Positions 38,094 through 47,757 of a stretch of DNA of 64,000 nt are shown piece after piece. Source of the stretch: a virus. How positions within the stretch are numbered: position 1 is the first letter of the stretch; every line of letters begins with the position of its first letter. A program made the position numbers and the translations under genes. The notes beneath the pieces are model-generated. The model was not told the origin of the DNA, searched no databases, and saw only the letters and a list, made by a program, of their open reading frames with translations. The stretch is from the IMG/VR virus record IMGVR_UViG_3300031566_000001, positions 1 to 64,000 of that record. The stretch is one strand, 5' to 3'.

Positions 38094-38366
38094 ATGACGA
38101 AGATACCAGAACCGATGAGTGACGATGGCAAGAGGCGCGGTGATTGCTACCTGCATTTCAGCTTCATTCCGGACCCGGATCCTGACTGCTGTGAGTTATG
38201 TCACAAGAGAAAAATGAAGAGTCATCGGCTGGCGAAGGTGGAGTTCTGGACGGGTATGGATGAGGAAACTGGACTGTGTGAGGTTTGTGGACCAGTAGCA
38301 GAGAGGCTTCGTGGCCTGGGTTACGTATTTCAGGATGAAGGAAGTTGCCTCACGGCACCACTATGA
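38094..38366 (+). CDS. hypothetical Zn-ribbon protein
   Basis: CELC...CEVC; SD GGAGG. Confidence 0.45.
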   Translation: MTKIPEPMSDDGKRRGDCYLHFSFIPDPDPDCCELCHKRKMKSHRLAKVEFWTGMDEETGLCEVCGPVAERLRGLGYVFQDEGSCLTAPL

Positions 38367-38399
38367 GAACTGATCTAACTGATAGGAGGTACTTCTGAC

Positions 38400-38807
38400 G
38401 TGCTAAAGATTATCTATGATAATGGTCATGTAAGGATTGATGAACAGGAGAATTTGTACTGGCATGGCCCGACGCTTGGCCAAGAAGGCGGAACATGGTG
38501 GAGACAATGGTACTCGCACCCCGACATTTTCATTAAGGGTTCTGGCCCGTGTCGGTGTTACATACATTGGGTCGAAATCAAGACAGGTAAGCACATCGTC
38601 TTGGCTTACGATTTGGCTGCCCAGAGGGAGCAACCTTTAGTAATGTCTTCGGCGCATGGGTGTCAACTGGTAGCCTTTGACGAATTGCTTTTTCCAGAAG
38701 GTTCACTATTGAATGTCAATGATAGGGAGGTCAGGGATATAGGATATAATGGCCCGCATCTGAAGGAGCCGCCGGAGTGGTTCAATGCAGACGACTTTAC
38801 TGGATAG
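38400..38807 (+). CDS. hypothetical protein (moron)
   Basis: SD AGGAGG; lower GC. Confidence 0.45.
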   Translation: MLKIIYDNGHVRIDEQENLYWHGPTLGQEGGTWWRQWYSHPDIFIKGSGPCRCYIHWVEIKTGKHIVLAYDLAAQREQPLVMSSAHGCQLVAFDELLFPEGSLLNVNDREVRDIGYNGPHLKEPPEWFNADDFTG

Positions 38808-39516
38808 TGATAAGCGCCTATTCTTCATCATCGGCCCGCCCCGGTCTGGTACGACCATCGTAGCCAGCGTGTTCAACTCCCTAGAGGATGGGTTCTGCCT
38901 TGGGGAACCGCACTGGCTCCACGAGGCCGAGAAAGGCGAGGCGGACGCGCAGACTTACGGGAAGGTAGAACAGTGGCGCAGGCCTGTGGATGATTATCAG
39001 CTCATCATGCAGGTCAACGTGATACCGATTCTAAACCGGGGGCCGTTTCACGTTGGGGGCTACAAGGAGACCTGGCAATACTTCCGTCATACCTGCGAGC
39101 CGCTGTTGGCGGCGCACGTTCCGTTGGTGGACTTCTTCGTGGTGGTGCTGAGGGACCCGAGGCTGGCCTTGGCCTCACAGCGGGCCTTGGGCTGGCAACA
39201 CCTGAGGCCCAGGGATACCAGCAAGGACTATCTGCGGTTGGGCGAACTGGCGCAGCACCCAAAGGCTGTGCTGGTGATCCTGGAGGACTTCGTGGTGGAC
39301 CCGCTGGGGTATCTGAATACGAGGCTCCCCTTCCAGATTGAGGGGCCTTTGGAGCTGCAACCTACAGGGCACAGGTTTGGGGATACGGTTGCCAATGAGA
39401 GTGAAACGGTGAACGCGGATGCGCCGGGGCAGAGGGTTATGGACCTGAATGAGAAATGGGTCCGGGCACTGGCCCCGGCTATGGGGGTATGGGAGCGATG
39501 GAAGAGCAAGACCTGA
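38785..39516 (+). CDS. sulfotransferase
   Basis: FFIIGPPRSGTT PAPS-binding loop; LRDPR...S. Confidence 0.85.
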   Translation: MQTTLLDSDKRLFFIIGPPRSGTTIVASVFNSLEDGFCLGEPHWLHEAEKGEADAQTYGKVEQWRRPVDDYQLIMQVNVIPILNRGPFHVGGYKETWQYFRHTCEPLLAAHVPLVDFFVVVLRDPRLALASQRALGWQHLRPRDTSKDYLRLGELAQHPKAVLVILEDFVVDPLGYLNTRLPFQIEGPLELQPTGHRFGDTVANESETVNADAPGQRVMDLNEKWVRALAPAMGVWERWKSKT

Positions 39517-40325
39517 GAGCATTGATGAGACGATACACGGTGGAGCACCTGGATCCTGGGGAGCACCTGGATCCTGGCTGGTTTGGCACCTTCTACGGCA
39601 CTGCGGCGGCTCAGTTTCAGCGGCACATTGAGTCCCTGCCGGGTACGGTATACGGCGATGACCCCAAGCAGAGGCCGTTTGATAACGTATTCACCTGGGG
39701 CCACGATCATGACTTCGGGGCCTTTCAGATGAAGGGCCAGATGGGAGACCGGCACATCCGGGTCATTGAGGCCTTCCTGGAGATGGGCGCGGAGTTCAAG
39801 GGCCATGTGCTAGATGTGGGCTGCTGGACGGGTGGCACGTCGCTCCTACTGGCAGCGATGGGGTGCACGGTGACGGCCATTGAGGAGGCAGTGCAATATG
39901 CCGATGTGGTTTCATACTTGGGCCACGTTTTCCAGGTGCAGGGCCTTGTTGTCATCCCTAATTCTATTTATGATGAGGGCCGCTTCGCTGAGCCTTATGA
40001 TATGATCCTGTGTGCGGGCGTCCTGTATCACGTCACTGATCCGGTGCGTGCTCTGCGCATCATATTTGAGAAGTTGGTGGACGGCGGCACGCTGCTGCTG
40101 GAGACCGCGGTTCATCAGGGTGGCGGCAAGCTCCTGACCTATTGTGGCCCTACCGCGCCAGGCTATCGATGGTTCCTGCCTACGGCGGAAACGCTGGTTG
40201 CGATGTTGATTGACGTGGGGTTTACAGACCTAGAGTATGGGTTGCGTGCCGACGGTAGCCGGATTGTCGTGGTTGCTACAAGGAAGGAGTACACGACCAT
40301 GATGACGGCGGGGGTATCAAGATAA
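39498..40325 (+). CDS. class I SAM-dependent methyltransferase (CmoB-like fold)
   Basis: VLDVGCWTG, GVLYH, GGTLLLET; tandem EHLDPG duplication at 39542-39577. Confidence 0.85.
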   Translation: MEEQDLRALMRRYTVEHLDPGEHLDPGWFGTFYGTAAAQFQRHIESLPGTVYGDDPKQRPFDNVFTWGHDHDFGAFQMKGQMGDRHIRVIEAFLEMGAEFKGHVLDVGCWTGGTSLLLAAMGCTVTAIEEAVQYADVVSYLGHVFQVQGLVVIPNSIYDEGRFAEPYDMILCAGVLYHVTDPVRALRIIFEKLVDGGTLLLETAVHQGGGKLLTYCGPTAPGYRWFLPTAETLVAMLIDVGFTDLEYGLRADGSRIVVVATRKEYTTMMTAGVSR

Positions 40326-40336
40326 GGGGAAAGGAT

Positions 40337-40540
40337 ATGAGAACGTGGGAGTATAAGCGCGTTGGCTTACCTGACAAGCCAGACATTTCTGATTGGTTGG
40401 ATTCACTGGATAAAGAAGGCTGGGAATTGGTTCAGATATATCAGGACCCCCGATATCTTAATGATATGTTTAAGCTATATCCAGTAGGGATTTTTAGACG
40501 AGCCTTTGTTAAGCAATCTGAACGGGTGGAGGCCCCATGA
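40337..40540 (+). CDS. DUF4177-like small protein
   Basis: WEYK...LDSLDKEGWELV motif. Confidence 0.6.
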   Translation: MRTWEYKRVGLPDKPDISDWLDSLDKEGWELVQIYQDPRYLNDMFKLYPVGIFRRAFVKQSERVEAP

Positions 40541-41076
40541 CCATAACTGCGTTTGACCTCTCGGACGGGAACGAGCCGATGAGCTACGGCGAGATCAATT
40601 TCTTGGTCTCATTGGTTAAGAAGCTCCCTGCGGAACCGATCATCGTCAACATTGGGGCTGCGGACGGCGTGTCTACCGTGGCCATGCTGGAGGCCCGTAG
40701 GGATGCCTTCATTTTCTCTGTGGACATCGGCGAGTGCCCGCAGGAACGCGCCAACCTGGAGGCTGCGGGTCTGGATACGGCCCGCGTGATACGGCTCCTG
40801 GGCCGTAGTCAGGACATCGGCAAAGAGTTCCCCTGCGAGGCCGATATGGTGCTTGTGGACGGCGGGCATGATTACAAGTCGGTGAAGGGTGATATCGAGG
40901 TTTGGCCCTGGAAGGTCAAGGTGGGCGGCACTTTGGCCTTTCACGACTACATCGAGCCGCCCCGTCCCGCTAACAACCCCAGTGAAGCGTACGAGGCGGT
41001 GAATGAGAACCTGCCTGCTGAGTTTGAACTGACCGGCCAGGTGGACAGGCTGATTGCGTTTCAGAGGATGTCGTGA
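40537..41076 (+). CDS. class I SAM methyltransferase (Methyltransf_24-like)
   Basis: VNIGAADGVST, VDGGHDY, GGTLAFHDY. Confidence 0.85.
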   Translation: MTITAFDLSDGNEPMSYGEINFLVSLVKKLPAEPIIVNIGAADGVSTVAMLEARRDAFIFSVDIGECPQERANLEAAGLDTARVIRLLGRSQDIGKEFPCEADMVLVDGGHDYKSVKGDIEVWPWKVKVGGTLAFHDYIEPPRPANNPSEAYEAVNENLPAEFELTGQVDRLIAFQRMS

Positions 41077-41309
41077 GAGGGTTTGCATTTGGGAGGCGGA
41101 AGGCGCCTCGGATTCCTATTGGCACCTCGGCGGATGATGTATTGAAGCGGTGGGGCCGTGCGTTGCGTACCCGGAGCTTGGGCAAGGACAGCGAGGGCTT
41201 CATCGTGGAGTGCGAGTACCGCTGGGGGTTCCTGGTGTTCAAGAGAGGCCGTGGGCCTGATGGGACTGGGGCGCGTTGTTACCGCGTGGTGGAGAAGAGG
41301 GCAAGATGA
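41073..41309 (+). CDS. hypothetical protein
   Basis: Coupled ORF. Confidence 0.4.
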   Translation: MRGFAFGRRKAPRIPIGTSADDVLKRWGRALRTRSLGKDSEGFIVECEYRWGFLVFKRGRGPDGTGARCYRVVEKRAR

Positions 41310-41701
41310 CACAGAGAGAATGGGATGCGGATAAGTGGGGACCTCCGACAATTGTGATCTACGTAGACGCGCAGCGGTATCTATGGAATCGGGCATCGAG
41401 TCAAACGCTGGCGATCCTTCGGGATATGCGTCATCTCTACCACGACATTGTTTCTGAGGTGAAGAAAACTGAACAGGGAAACTATCTTCGGCTAGACTTT
41501 CCTCCAGGGGAGTTACCGCAGTATGAGTTGCTAGATGCCCCTGCGTGTTTGGCTAGTCTTATTGAAATTGATCGGTATACGGAAGCTAATCGTCAGGGTG
41601 GTGGCCATACTCCGCTAAGGGGAAAGTTGACGGAAGAGGGCAAGACCGAGTATGCCAAACTTATGGGCCTTGGCTCATTTGATGAGATTCCTGGGATTTA
41701 G
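41306..41701 (+). CDS. hypothetical protein (moron)
   Basis: ATGA-coupled, lower GC. Confidence 0.45.
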   Translation: MTQREWDADKWGPPTIVIYVDAQRYLWNRASSQTLAILRDMRHLYHDIVSEVKKTEQGNYLRLDFPPGELPQYELLDAPACLASLIEIDRYTEANRQGGGHTPLRGKLTEEGKTEYAKLMGLGSFDEIPGI

Positions 41702-41709
41702 GAGAAATT

Positions 41710-42234
41710 GTGCCCTTTGACCCCATGACTACCGGCCCTGCATATCAGGGTTGGGCGATAGATTTCCTGAACCCGCGGATTGAACCACACTTCCGCGCCT
41801 TCGAGTGGGGTAGCGGCTGGAGCACCATCTGGCTGGGCGCACGGTGCGGGAGCGTAGTCAGTGTCGAGCATGATGTGGAGTGGCACGCGACGGCGGCGCA
41901 GCGGTTGCGGGAGTATGGCCTGGGGAACGTGAAGCTGTTCCACATACCAAAGGAACAGGGCGCGTCGGAGTATGCGGACTATGCCGATGCCATCCTGAGT
42001 TATCCTGATGAGCACTTTCACCTGATTTGCGTGGACGGGCGCAATCGTGCAGGGTGCATCAGGAACGCTATGGTGAAGTTGGTGAGGCCCGGTGGGATGA
42101 TGGTGGTGGATGACTACCCCAGGTCGCAGTATCAACCTGCTCTGCGGTTATTGGATGGCTGGAGCCGGGCGTTGTTCAACCGGGCTAGTGAGATCATGGC
42201 TACGGGCGTGTGGTTCAGGCCAACGGAGGGGTGA
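41710..42234 (+). CDS. class I SAM methyltransferase
   Basis: FEWGSGWST, SVEHD, VDGRNR, PGGMMVVDD. Confidence 0.85.
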   Translation: MPFDPMTTGPAYQGWAIDFLNPRIEPHFRAFEWGSGWSTIWLGARCGSVVSVEHDVEWHATAAQRLREYGLGNVKLFHIPKEQGASEYADYADAILSYPDEHFHLICVDGRNRAGCIRNAMVKLVRPGGMMVVDDYPRSQYQPALRLLDGWSRALFNRASEIMATGVWFRPTEG

Positions 42235-42235
42235 G

Positions 42236-42985
42236 ATGACCCTTTTCGCTCATACTCACTGCGTAGCGTTTGAGCTTTCCAACACTTGCCCTTACGCATG
42301 GCTGCACAAGGAGTGTCCCTTGAACTTGGAAGTGGCCTCACCCTTTCGGTTGAGGGAGACAAAGCACCTATCTGGCGACGTTGTGCGGAAGGTACTGGAT
42401 ACCCTGGGAGAGCATGGGTACGTGAGCACGATTAGCTTTCATCAGTACAATGAGTCGCTAGTTGACCCACGCCTGTTCGAGTTCGTCCGCTATGCTAGGA
42501 AGCGGTGCCCGGAGGCCAGGATCATAATCTTGACCAACGGGGTTTTCCTGTCGCGGCAACTGGCGCTGGAGCTGGAGGAGGCCGGGTTGTCGGGTCTGTG
42601 GGTGACGCTCTATGGCAGCCAGGAGGACCGCACGATCACATGGGAATGGATGAAACGTGAGATCATACCCATCTTTTCAGAGAGCAATGTTCAGACGTGG
42701 GGGCTGGATGACAGGTTGTGCATCTATGACCGGGAGTACCAGAAGGACCAGGGCGGCAATTGTTATGCCCCCTTGAGTGCTATCATCGTCACCAGGGACG
42801 CGGAGTGGGGCCTGTGTTGTATGGACTGGAAACGCACAGTATCCTTCGGGAGCCTCAAGGAGCATAGCCTGGAGGAACTGTTACAGGCTGAGGAGCCGCA
42901 TCGCATCTATGCGGCCCTGAGCGAGGGGGACCGGACGGTATTGGATTTGTGCCGCCGCTGCACGTTCGCTATCACACCAAGGTGA
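42236..42985 (+). CDS. radical SAM/SPASM-domain protein with non-canonical cluster motif
   Basis: ELSNTCPYAWLHKECP, NESLVDP, TNG; twitch/SPASM CYAP...CCMDW...CRRC. Confidence 0.75.
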   Translation: MTLFAHTHCVAFELSNTCPYAWLHKECPLNLEVASPFRLRETKHLSGDVVRKVLDTLGEHGYVSTISFHQYNESLVDPRLFEFVRYARKRCPEARIIILTNGVFLSRQLALELEEAGLSGLWVTLYGSQEDRTITWEWMKREIIPIFSESNVQTWGLDDRLCIYDREYQKDQGGNCYAPLSAIIVTRDAEWGLCCMDWKRTVSFGSLKEHSLEELLQAEEPHRIYAALSEGDRTVLDLCRRCTFAITPR

Positions 42986-42986
42986 A

Positions 42987-43021
42987 TCTTTTGCTGGCAA
43001 AAGGAAGCGGCGTGGTATCAT
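42987..43021 (+). promoter_or_regulatory. palindrome-overlapped 19-nt-spacer promoter
   Basis: TCTTTTGCTGGCAAAAG; TTGCTG(42991)-19 nt-TATCAT(43016). Confidence 0.6.
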
Positions 43022-43040
43022 TTGTGCAGAAGGAAGGTTA

Positions 43041-44219
43041 ATGGAGCCGCGGGGCATTCTCTACTTTGCAATAGGTGACGAATATCTGATGCGGGCGCAG
43101 AAGGCTGTAGCTCGCGTGCGGGATGTGTGGCCGGGTATGGCCTGCGCCATCTGGACCGAACGCTCGCCGGGGCCGGTGATGCTCTCGCGGATGGAGGCCT
43201 GGCGGCAATCACCTTTTGAGCGGACCTTGGCTCTGGATGCGGACGTATGGCTGGCGGAACCTGTACCAGAGCTGTTTGACCTGTTGGACCGGTTTGACCT
43301 GGCGGCGACCCTTGCGCCATGGCGTGAGGGACATCCTGTAGCTGTCCCTGCGGCGTTTCCAGAGCATAACTGTGGCGTGGTAGCCTTTCGCAAGAATGGC
43401 CTGTTACTGAGCCTTGTGGACGACTGGGAGCAGCGGTTCGGACGACGTTATGAGGGGTTGGAGGAGACCAAAAGCGTTCACAATGACCAACCGGCCTTCC
43501 GGGAGGCCCTGTATCATTCTGTTCTGCGTATTGCTACCTTGCCCGCGGAATACAACTGGCGGGGCGTGGGCTATGTTTGGGGCAAGGTGAAAGTGTTGCA
43601 TACCCGGAGACCGCCACAGAGGGTAGCACACGAAATCAACGAGCAGCTTGGGCCAAGGGTGTGTATGAACTGGCAGATACACCATGGAGATAATTCGGCA
43701 ATGATGCTGGAAGCGACCGACCTTACAGGTGAGGAATATCACCACGAGGTGGAGGACGTGCTTACGTTGCAGCACCTGGCGGGGCTGCTCCCGGCGGACC
43801 CGGTGGTGGTGAACATCGGGGCCTGCTTCGGCACATCGGCCTTGGCGCTCCTGGAGGCCCGTGAGGACCTGTTTGTGTTCAGCATTGACATCAAGCCTTG
43901 CCTTGAGGAGCGGGAGAACCTGGCGCGGTCGGGCGTGGACCCGGCGCGGTGCGTGCGGGTGCTGGGGCGGTCTCAGGAGGTCGGGCAGTATTGGCCGCGT
44001 GCGGTGGATATGGTTTTCATGGACGGTTCCCATGCCCGCTCTGACGTGGTGGCGGACCTGGAGGCCTGGCTGCCCCGAATCAAGCCGGGGGGTATCGTGG
44101 CCTGCGACGACTATGCGAAAGGGTGCACTCCGGCGGTGAAGCCTGTGGTGGATGAGATGCTGATGGACAAGTACGAGATGGTCCTTCACGTGGGGGACAT
44201 CGTGGCGTTCAGGGTGTAA
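43041..44219 (+). CDS. GT-A (GT8-like) glycosyltransferase fused to a C-terminal methyltransferase
   Basis: LDAD, NCGVV, NDQPAF, LPAEYN; then VNIGACFGTS, MDGSH, PGGIVACDDY. Confidence 0.85.
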   Translation: MEPRGILYFAIGDEYLMRAQKAVARVRDVWPGMACAIWTERSPGPVMLSRMEAWRQSPFERTLALDADVWLAEPVPELFDLLDRFDLAATLAPWREGHPVAVPAAFPEHNCGVVAFRKNGLLLSLVDDWEQRFGRRYEGLEETKSVHNDQPAFREALYHSVLRIATLPAEYNWRGVGYVWGKVKVLHTRRPPQRVAHEINEQLGPRVCMNWQIHHGDNSAMMLEATDLTGEEYHHEVEDVLTLQHLAGLLPADPVVVNIGACFGTSALALLEAREDLFVFSIDIKPCLEERENLARSGVDPARCVRVLGRSQEVGQYWPRAVDMVFMDGSHARSDVVADLEAWLPRIKPGGIVACDDYAKGCTPAVKPVVDEMLMDKYEMVLHVGDIVAFRV

Positions 44220-44228
44220 AGGGGGATT

Positions 44229-44435
44229 ATGAGAGACATCGCTGTGGACTTGGGTATAGTCGCGCCGTGCGGGTGCATCTTCCCACAACATATCTGCAAG
44301 GAAGCGAAGCACCTTTGGGCCAGAGCCGTGGCATTCTTCGAGAAGAGCAGGGAGGCCGGATTTGATGATGAGTCTTGGGCCAAGTATCTGGAGGTCCTGG
44401 AGGACTATAAGAAGCACTTTGGCAGGGAGGTATGA
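44229..44435 (+). CDS. hypothetical protein
   Basis: 68 aa with SD. Confidence 0.4.
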   Translation: MRDIAVDLGIVAPCGCIFPQHICKEAKHLWARAVAFFEKSREAGFDDESWAKYLEVLEDYKKHFGREV

Positions 44436-44438
44436 CCA

Positions 44439-44669
44439 ATGCCCGAAGACAAAGAGGAAGCAAGAGAGGAAACGCTGGAGCAGTTGGGGCTCCGGTACTT
44501 GGCCGCGCAGGAGCAACGTCTGCGGGTCTGCCAGCGCGAGAAGGCCCTAAAGAAGGAACTTGCAGCGGCTATGCGAGATGCCGGGAAGGAAGCCGTGATA
44601 GTGGGGCCGAAGGTGGTGATTTTGCACCCCGGTATAGATTATGACAGTCTGGAAGTGGCAGACCTGTGA
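44439..44669 (+). CDS. hypothetical coiled-coil protein
   Basis: 76 aa with SD GGGAGG. Confidence 0.4.
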   Translation: MPEDKEEAREETLEQLGLRYLAAQEQRLRVCQREKALKKELAAAMRDAGKEAVIVGPKVVILHPGIDYDSLEVADL

Positions 44670-45478
44670 TGAACGAACAGCAACTCAAAGACGCCTTTGC
44701 ATCACTGGAGCCGATGAGTGACGAGGCCCCGCCCCGGTACACGTGGGAGCGGCACAGGTGGGAGATGCGGCGCCATGTGCGTCGGGATCCCATCGCGGTA
44801 TTCCTGAGCTGGCCCACGGTGACGGCCACCATGTTTGCGGGGGAGACCCCCTTCATCCGGTCTGAGCTGGAGGCCCTGCGGGCGCAGCCTGATTGGGAGA
44901 CCCTTTGGCTTCCGGCCATTGAGGACAGCGGCGTGGGCCAGGCCCCGAGGATGTCAGGGGAGCCGTCTACGAACGCCAATATGGTGCATCAGGCGTTTCA
45001 CCTGATGATGTGGAACAAGGCTACGCTCAAGGAACTGCGGGATCTGGAGACCATCACGGAGTTCGGCGGGGGCTATGGGGCTATGGCCCTGATTGCCTCA
45101 CGGCTGGGGTTCCGCGGGACCTACCGGATGGTGGACTTTCCGGAGATGTGCCTGCTTCAGAGCTACTACCTGTCGCGGCATGAGCTGGGCTGTGCGGTGG
45201 AGTTCCTGGAGGCCATCGGGCCGCCACGTTCGGACCTGTTGGTGGCCTGTTATTCATTGAGTGAAGTCCCGTTGGCGGACCGTAAGCCCTACCTTGGCGG
45301 GGGCCGTACGGATCATGGAGCGGCCAGTTACCTCTTTGCCATGCAGGACCGTTGGGATGACGTGGACAACCTGGATTGGGTATATGATTTTGAGATGAAT
45401 GAGAGGGATGACCTGCTGTGGTCCATCTTCCCGATGGTGAGGCCGGGGCACTGGTACGCGATGGGGGGAATGAAGTGA
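44666..45478 (+). CDS. putative sugar O-methyltransferase
   Basis: EFGGGYG, VDFPE..LLQ.YYL, YSLSE motifs. Confidence 0.75.
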   Translation: MMNEQQLKDAFASLEPMSDEAPPRYTWERHRWEMRRHVRRDPIAVFLSWPTVTATMFAGETPFIRSELEALRAQPDWETLWLPAIEDSGVGQAPRMSGEPSTNANMVHQAFHLMMWNKATLKELRDLETITEFGGGYGAMALIASRLGFRGTYRMVDFPEMCLLQSYYLSRHELGCAVEFLEAIGPPRSDLLVACYSLSEVPLADRKPYLGGGRTDHGAASYLFAMQDRWDDVDNLDWVYDFEMNERDDLLWSIFPMVRPGHWYAMGGMK

Positions 45479-47757
45479 CCTATGATTCATTTCTTAAATC
45501 GAAGAGGATGATTAGGCGTGATCGGGGCAAAGAGTTTACTACCGATGACGTGCATTCTAAGCTGTTTGCTTTCCAGCGGGATATTACGCTCTGGGCAGTA
45601 CGGAAGGGCATGGCAGCGGTATTCGCTGATACCGGGCTGGGCAAGACCTTCATTCAATTGGAATGGGCCAGGTTGCTAGGGGAGAAAACGCTCATTATTG
45701 CCCCGCTCAGTGTGGCCAGGCAAACGGTAAGAGAAGCTCGCAAGATTGATCTTGAAATAGGTTATGTTCGTAGTCAAGATGCGGTTGTGGGCGACGGTCA
45801 GCTCTGGATAACGAACTATGAAATGGTGAACGCCTTTGATGTATCGGCATTCGGCGCGGTGGTGCTGGACGAATCCAGTATATTGAAATGCATCTCAGGC
45901 AAGACGCGCCGCAAGCTGACGGAGGCTTGTCAGGCTGTTCCCTATCGCCTGTGTTGCACAGCAACGCCTGCCCCGAATGACTTCATAGAGCTGGGCAATC
46001 ATGCGGAGTTTTTGGGCGTGTGTTCGCGTGCTGAGATGCTGGCTATGTTCTTCGTCAATGCTAACAAAGAGCATACTATGTTTGTCAATGGAAAGTCGTA
46101 TCGCAGGAAGGGGAGCAATAAGGGCGGCCAGGAGTGGCGGTTGAAGCACCATGCCGAAGAGCCTTTCTTCCGCTGGTTGGCATCTTGGGCTATGGCCATA
46201 CGGAAGCCGTCTGACTTGGGATATGACGATATGGATTTCAGACTTCCTGCACTTAGGCTGCATAAGCACTTTGAGCAGGCGAAGTATGAGCCGGGTGATA
46301 GGCTGTTTTTCACTCGCGCTAGGGGTATAAGGGAGCATTCGGCTATTCGTAGAGCGACGCTTGGCCCACGCCTTGAACGGCTTCAGGAGATCATTGACGG
46401 AGACGGCCAACAGTGGATAGTCTGGGTGGGGCTGGATGAGGAAGGCCGGGCTGCGACGGAGGCTCTGGACGGTGCGGTAGAAGTCAAGGGTAGTGATTCG
46501 CCTGACTACAAGGCCAGTTCCTTTGAGGACTTTCAGGATGGCAAGTTTCGTGTGCTTGTGACCAAACCTACTATCGGCGGGTTCGGCATGAACTTCCAGA
46601 ATGCCCACAAGATGGCGTTCCTGGGGCTTTCGCACTCGTGGGAACAATACTATCAGTGTGTGCGCAGGGAGTGGAGGTATCTTCAGGAGCACCCTGTAGA
46701 CGTGCACCTGATTATGTCGGATATCGAGGCTGATGTGTACCGCAACGTGATGCGTAAGGATGCCCAGGCCAGGCGGCTACGGGAAGGTTTGATTGGCAAG
46801 ATGCATCTTTATGAGAGGGAGGAATTGGGGATGGGAACGTCTGTAGTGCAAGATCAGGCAGGATGTGTTGTCAAAGGCAATACTTGGAAAGCGTTGCGGG
46901 GCGACTCCTGCGAGAGGCTGGCGGAACTTGACAATGATTCGGTAGACCTGTGCATATACTCACCGCCGTTTGCTGATCTCTATACGTATAGTGATAGCCC
47001 CCGCGACCTGGGCAATTCGCGTGATTGGAAGGAGTTCTTGTGTCACTATTCTTTTGTGATCCGGGAGGTTTTGCGTGTAGTCAAGCCGGGGCGCTTGTGC
47101 TGCGTTCACACCTCAGACATCCCGGCGTTGGCGCAGAAGGATGGGTATATCGGCATCAAGGATTTTCCTGGCGCGGTGATCGCTGCGCACGAGGCGGAGG
47201 GATGGGTATTCCATGGACGCATTCTAGTCGGCAAAAACCCGCAGGCCCAGGCCATACGGACGCACTCTAAGGCGCTGTTGTTTGTCCAGTTGCGTAAGGA
47301 CTCAGCGGACAGTCGCCCGGCGCTTGTCGATCATGTTCTGTTGTTCAAGAAACCCGGTGAGAACGCTGTGCCGGTGACTCCGGTAGAAAACGGTGAGATG
47401 GACAATGACCTATGGGTACAGTGGGCTAATGGGATCTGGACTGATATTCAGGAGACGGATACTCTTCAGTACCAGCACGCGCGGGAGGCCGATGATGAGA
47501 AGCATATTTGCCCCTTGCAATTGCCGACGATCCGGCGGTGCGTGATGCTCTATTCCAATCCTGGAGAGACAATACTATCACCGTTTGCGGGCATCGGTAG
47601 TGAGGGTTTTGAGTCTGTCAAGGCCGGGCGGGGTTTCGTGGGTATAGAGCTGAAACCAGAGTATTTCGAGGTCATGGTCGGAAACCTCCAGAAAGCGGAG
47701 GCTGTAGCGAATCAGCCTGATTTGTTTTCGTTAGTCAATGAGGAGTCAGCGCAATGA
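45475..47757 (+). CDS. SNF2-like helicase fused to an N4/N6 DNA methyltransferase
   Basis: DTGLGKT, LDES, TATP, GMNFQ; YSPPF catalytic motif and SPFAGIGS SAM-binding motif. Confidence 0.88.
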   Translation: MTYDSFLKSKRMIRRDRGKEFTTDDVHSKLFAFQRDITLWAVRKGMAAVFADTGLGKTFIQLEWARLLGEKTLIIAPLSVARQTVREARKIDLEIGYVRSQDAVVGDGQLWITNYEMVNAFDVSAFGAVVLDESSILKCISGKTRRKLTEACQAVPYRLCCTATPAPNDFIELGNHAEFLGVCSRAEMLAMFFVNANKEHTMFVNGKSYRRKGSNKGGQEWRLKHHAEEPFFRWLASWAMAIRKPSDLGYDDMDFRLPALRLHKHFEQAKYEPGDRLFFTRARGIREHSAIRRATLGPRLERLQEIIDGDGQQWIVWVGLDEEGRAATEALDGAVEVKGSDSPDYKASSFEDFQDGKFRVLVTKPTIGGFGMNFQNAHKMAFLGLSHSWEQYYQCVRREWRYLQEHPVDVHLIMSDIEADVYRNVMRKDAQARRLREGLIGKMHLYEREELGMGTSVVQDQAGCVVKGNTWKALRGDSCERLAELDNDSVDLCIYSPPFADLYTYSDSPRDLGNSRDWKEFLCHYSFVIREVLRVVKPGRLCCVHTSDIPALAQKDGYIGIKDFPGAVIAAHEAEGWVFHGRILVGKNPQAQAIRTHSKALLFVQLRKDSADSRPALVDHVLLFKKPGENAVPVTPVENGEMDNDLWVQWANGIWTDIQETDTLQYQHAREADDEKHICPLQLPTIRRCVMLYSNPGETILSPFAGIGSEGFESVKAGRGFVGIELKPEYFEVMVGNLQKAEAVANQPDLFSLVNEESAQ

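Noticed and set aside
43404-44516. Long minus-strand ORFs (this one, 14216-15304, 54779-55867 and others)
   Set aside because: Antisense shadows of GC3-rich plus-strand genes, with no motifs or SDs.
36008-44669. Integron cassette array
   Set aside because: No integrase and no attC-like GTTRRRY inverted cores; genes are translationally coupled instead.
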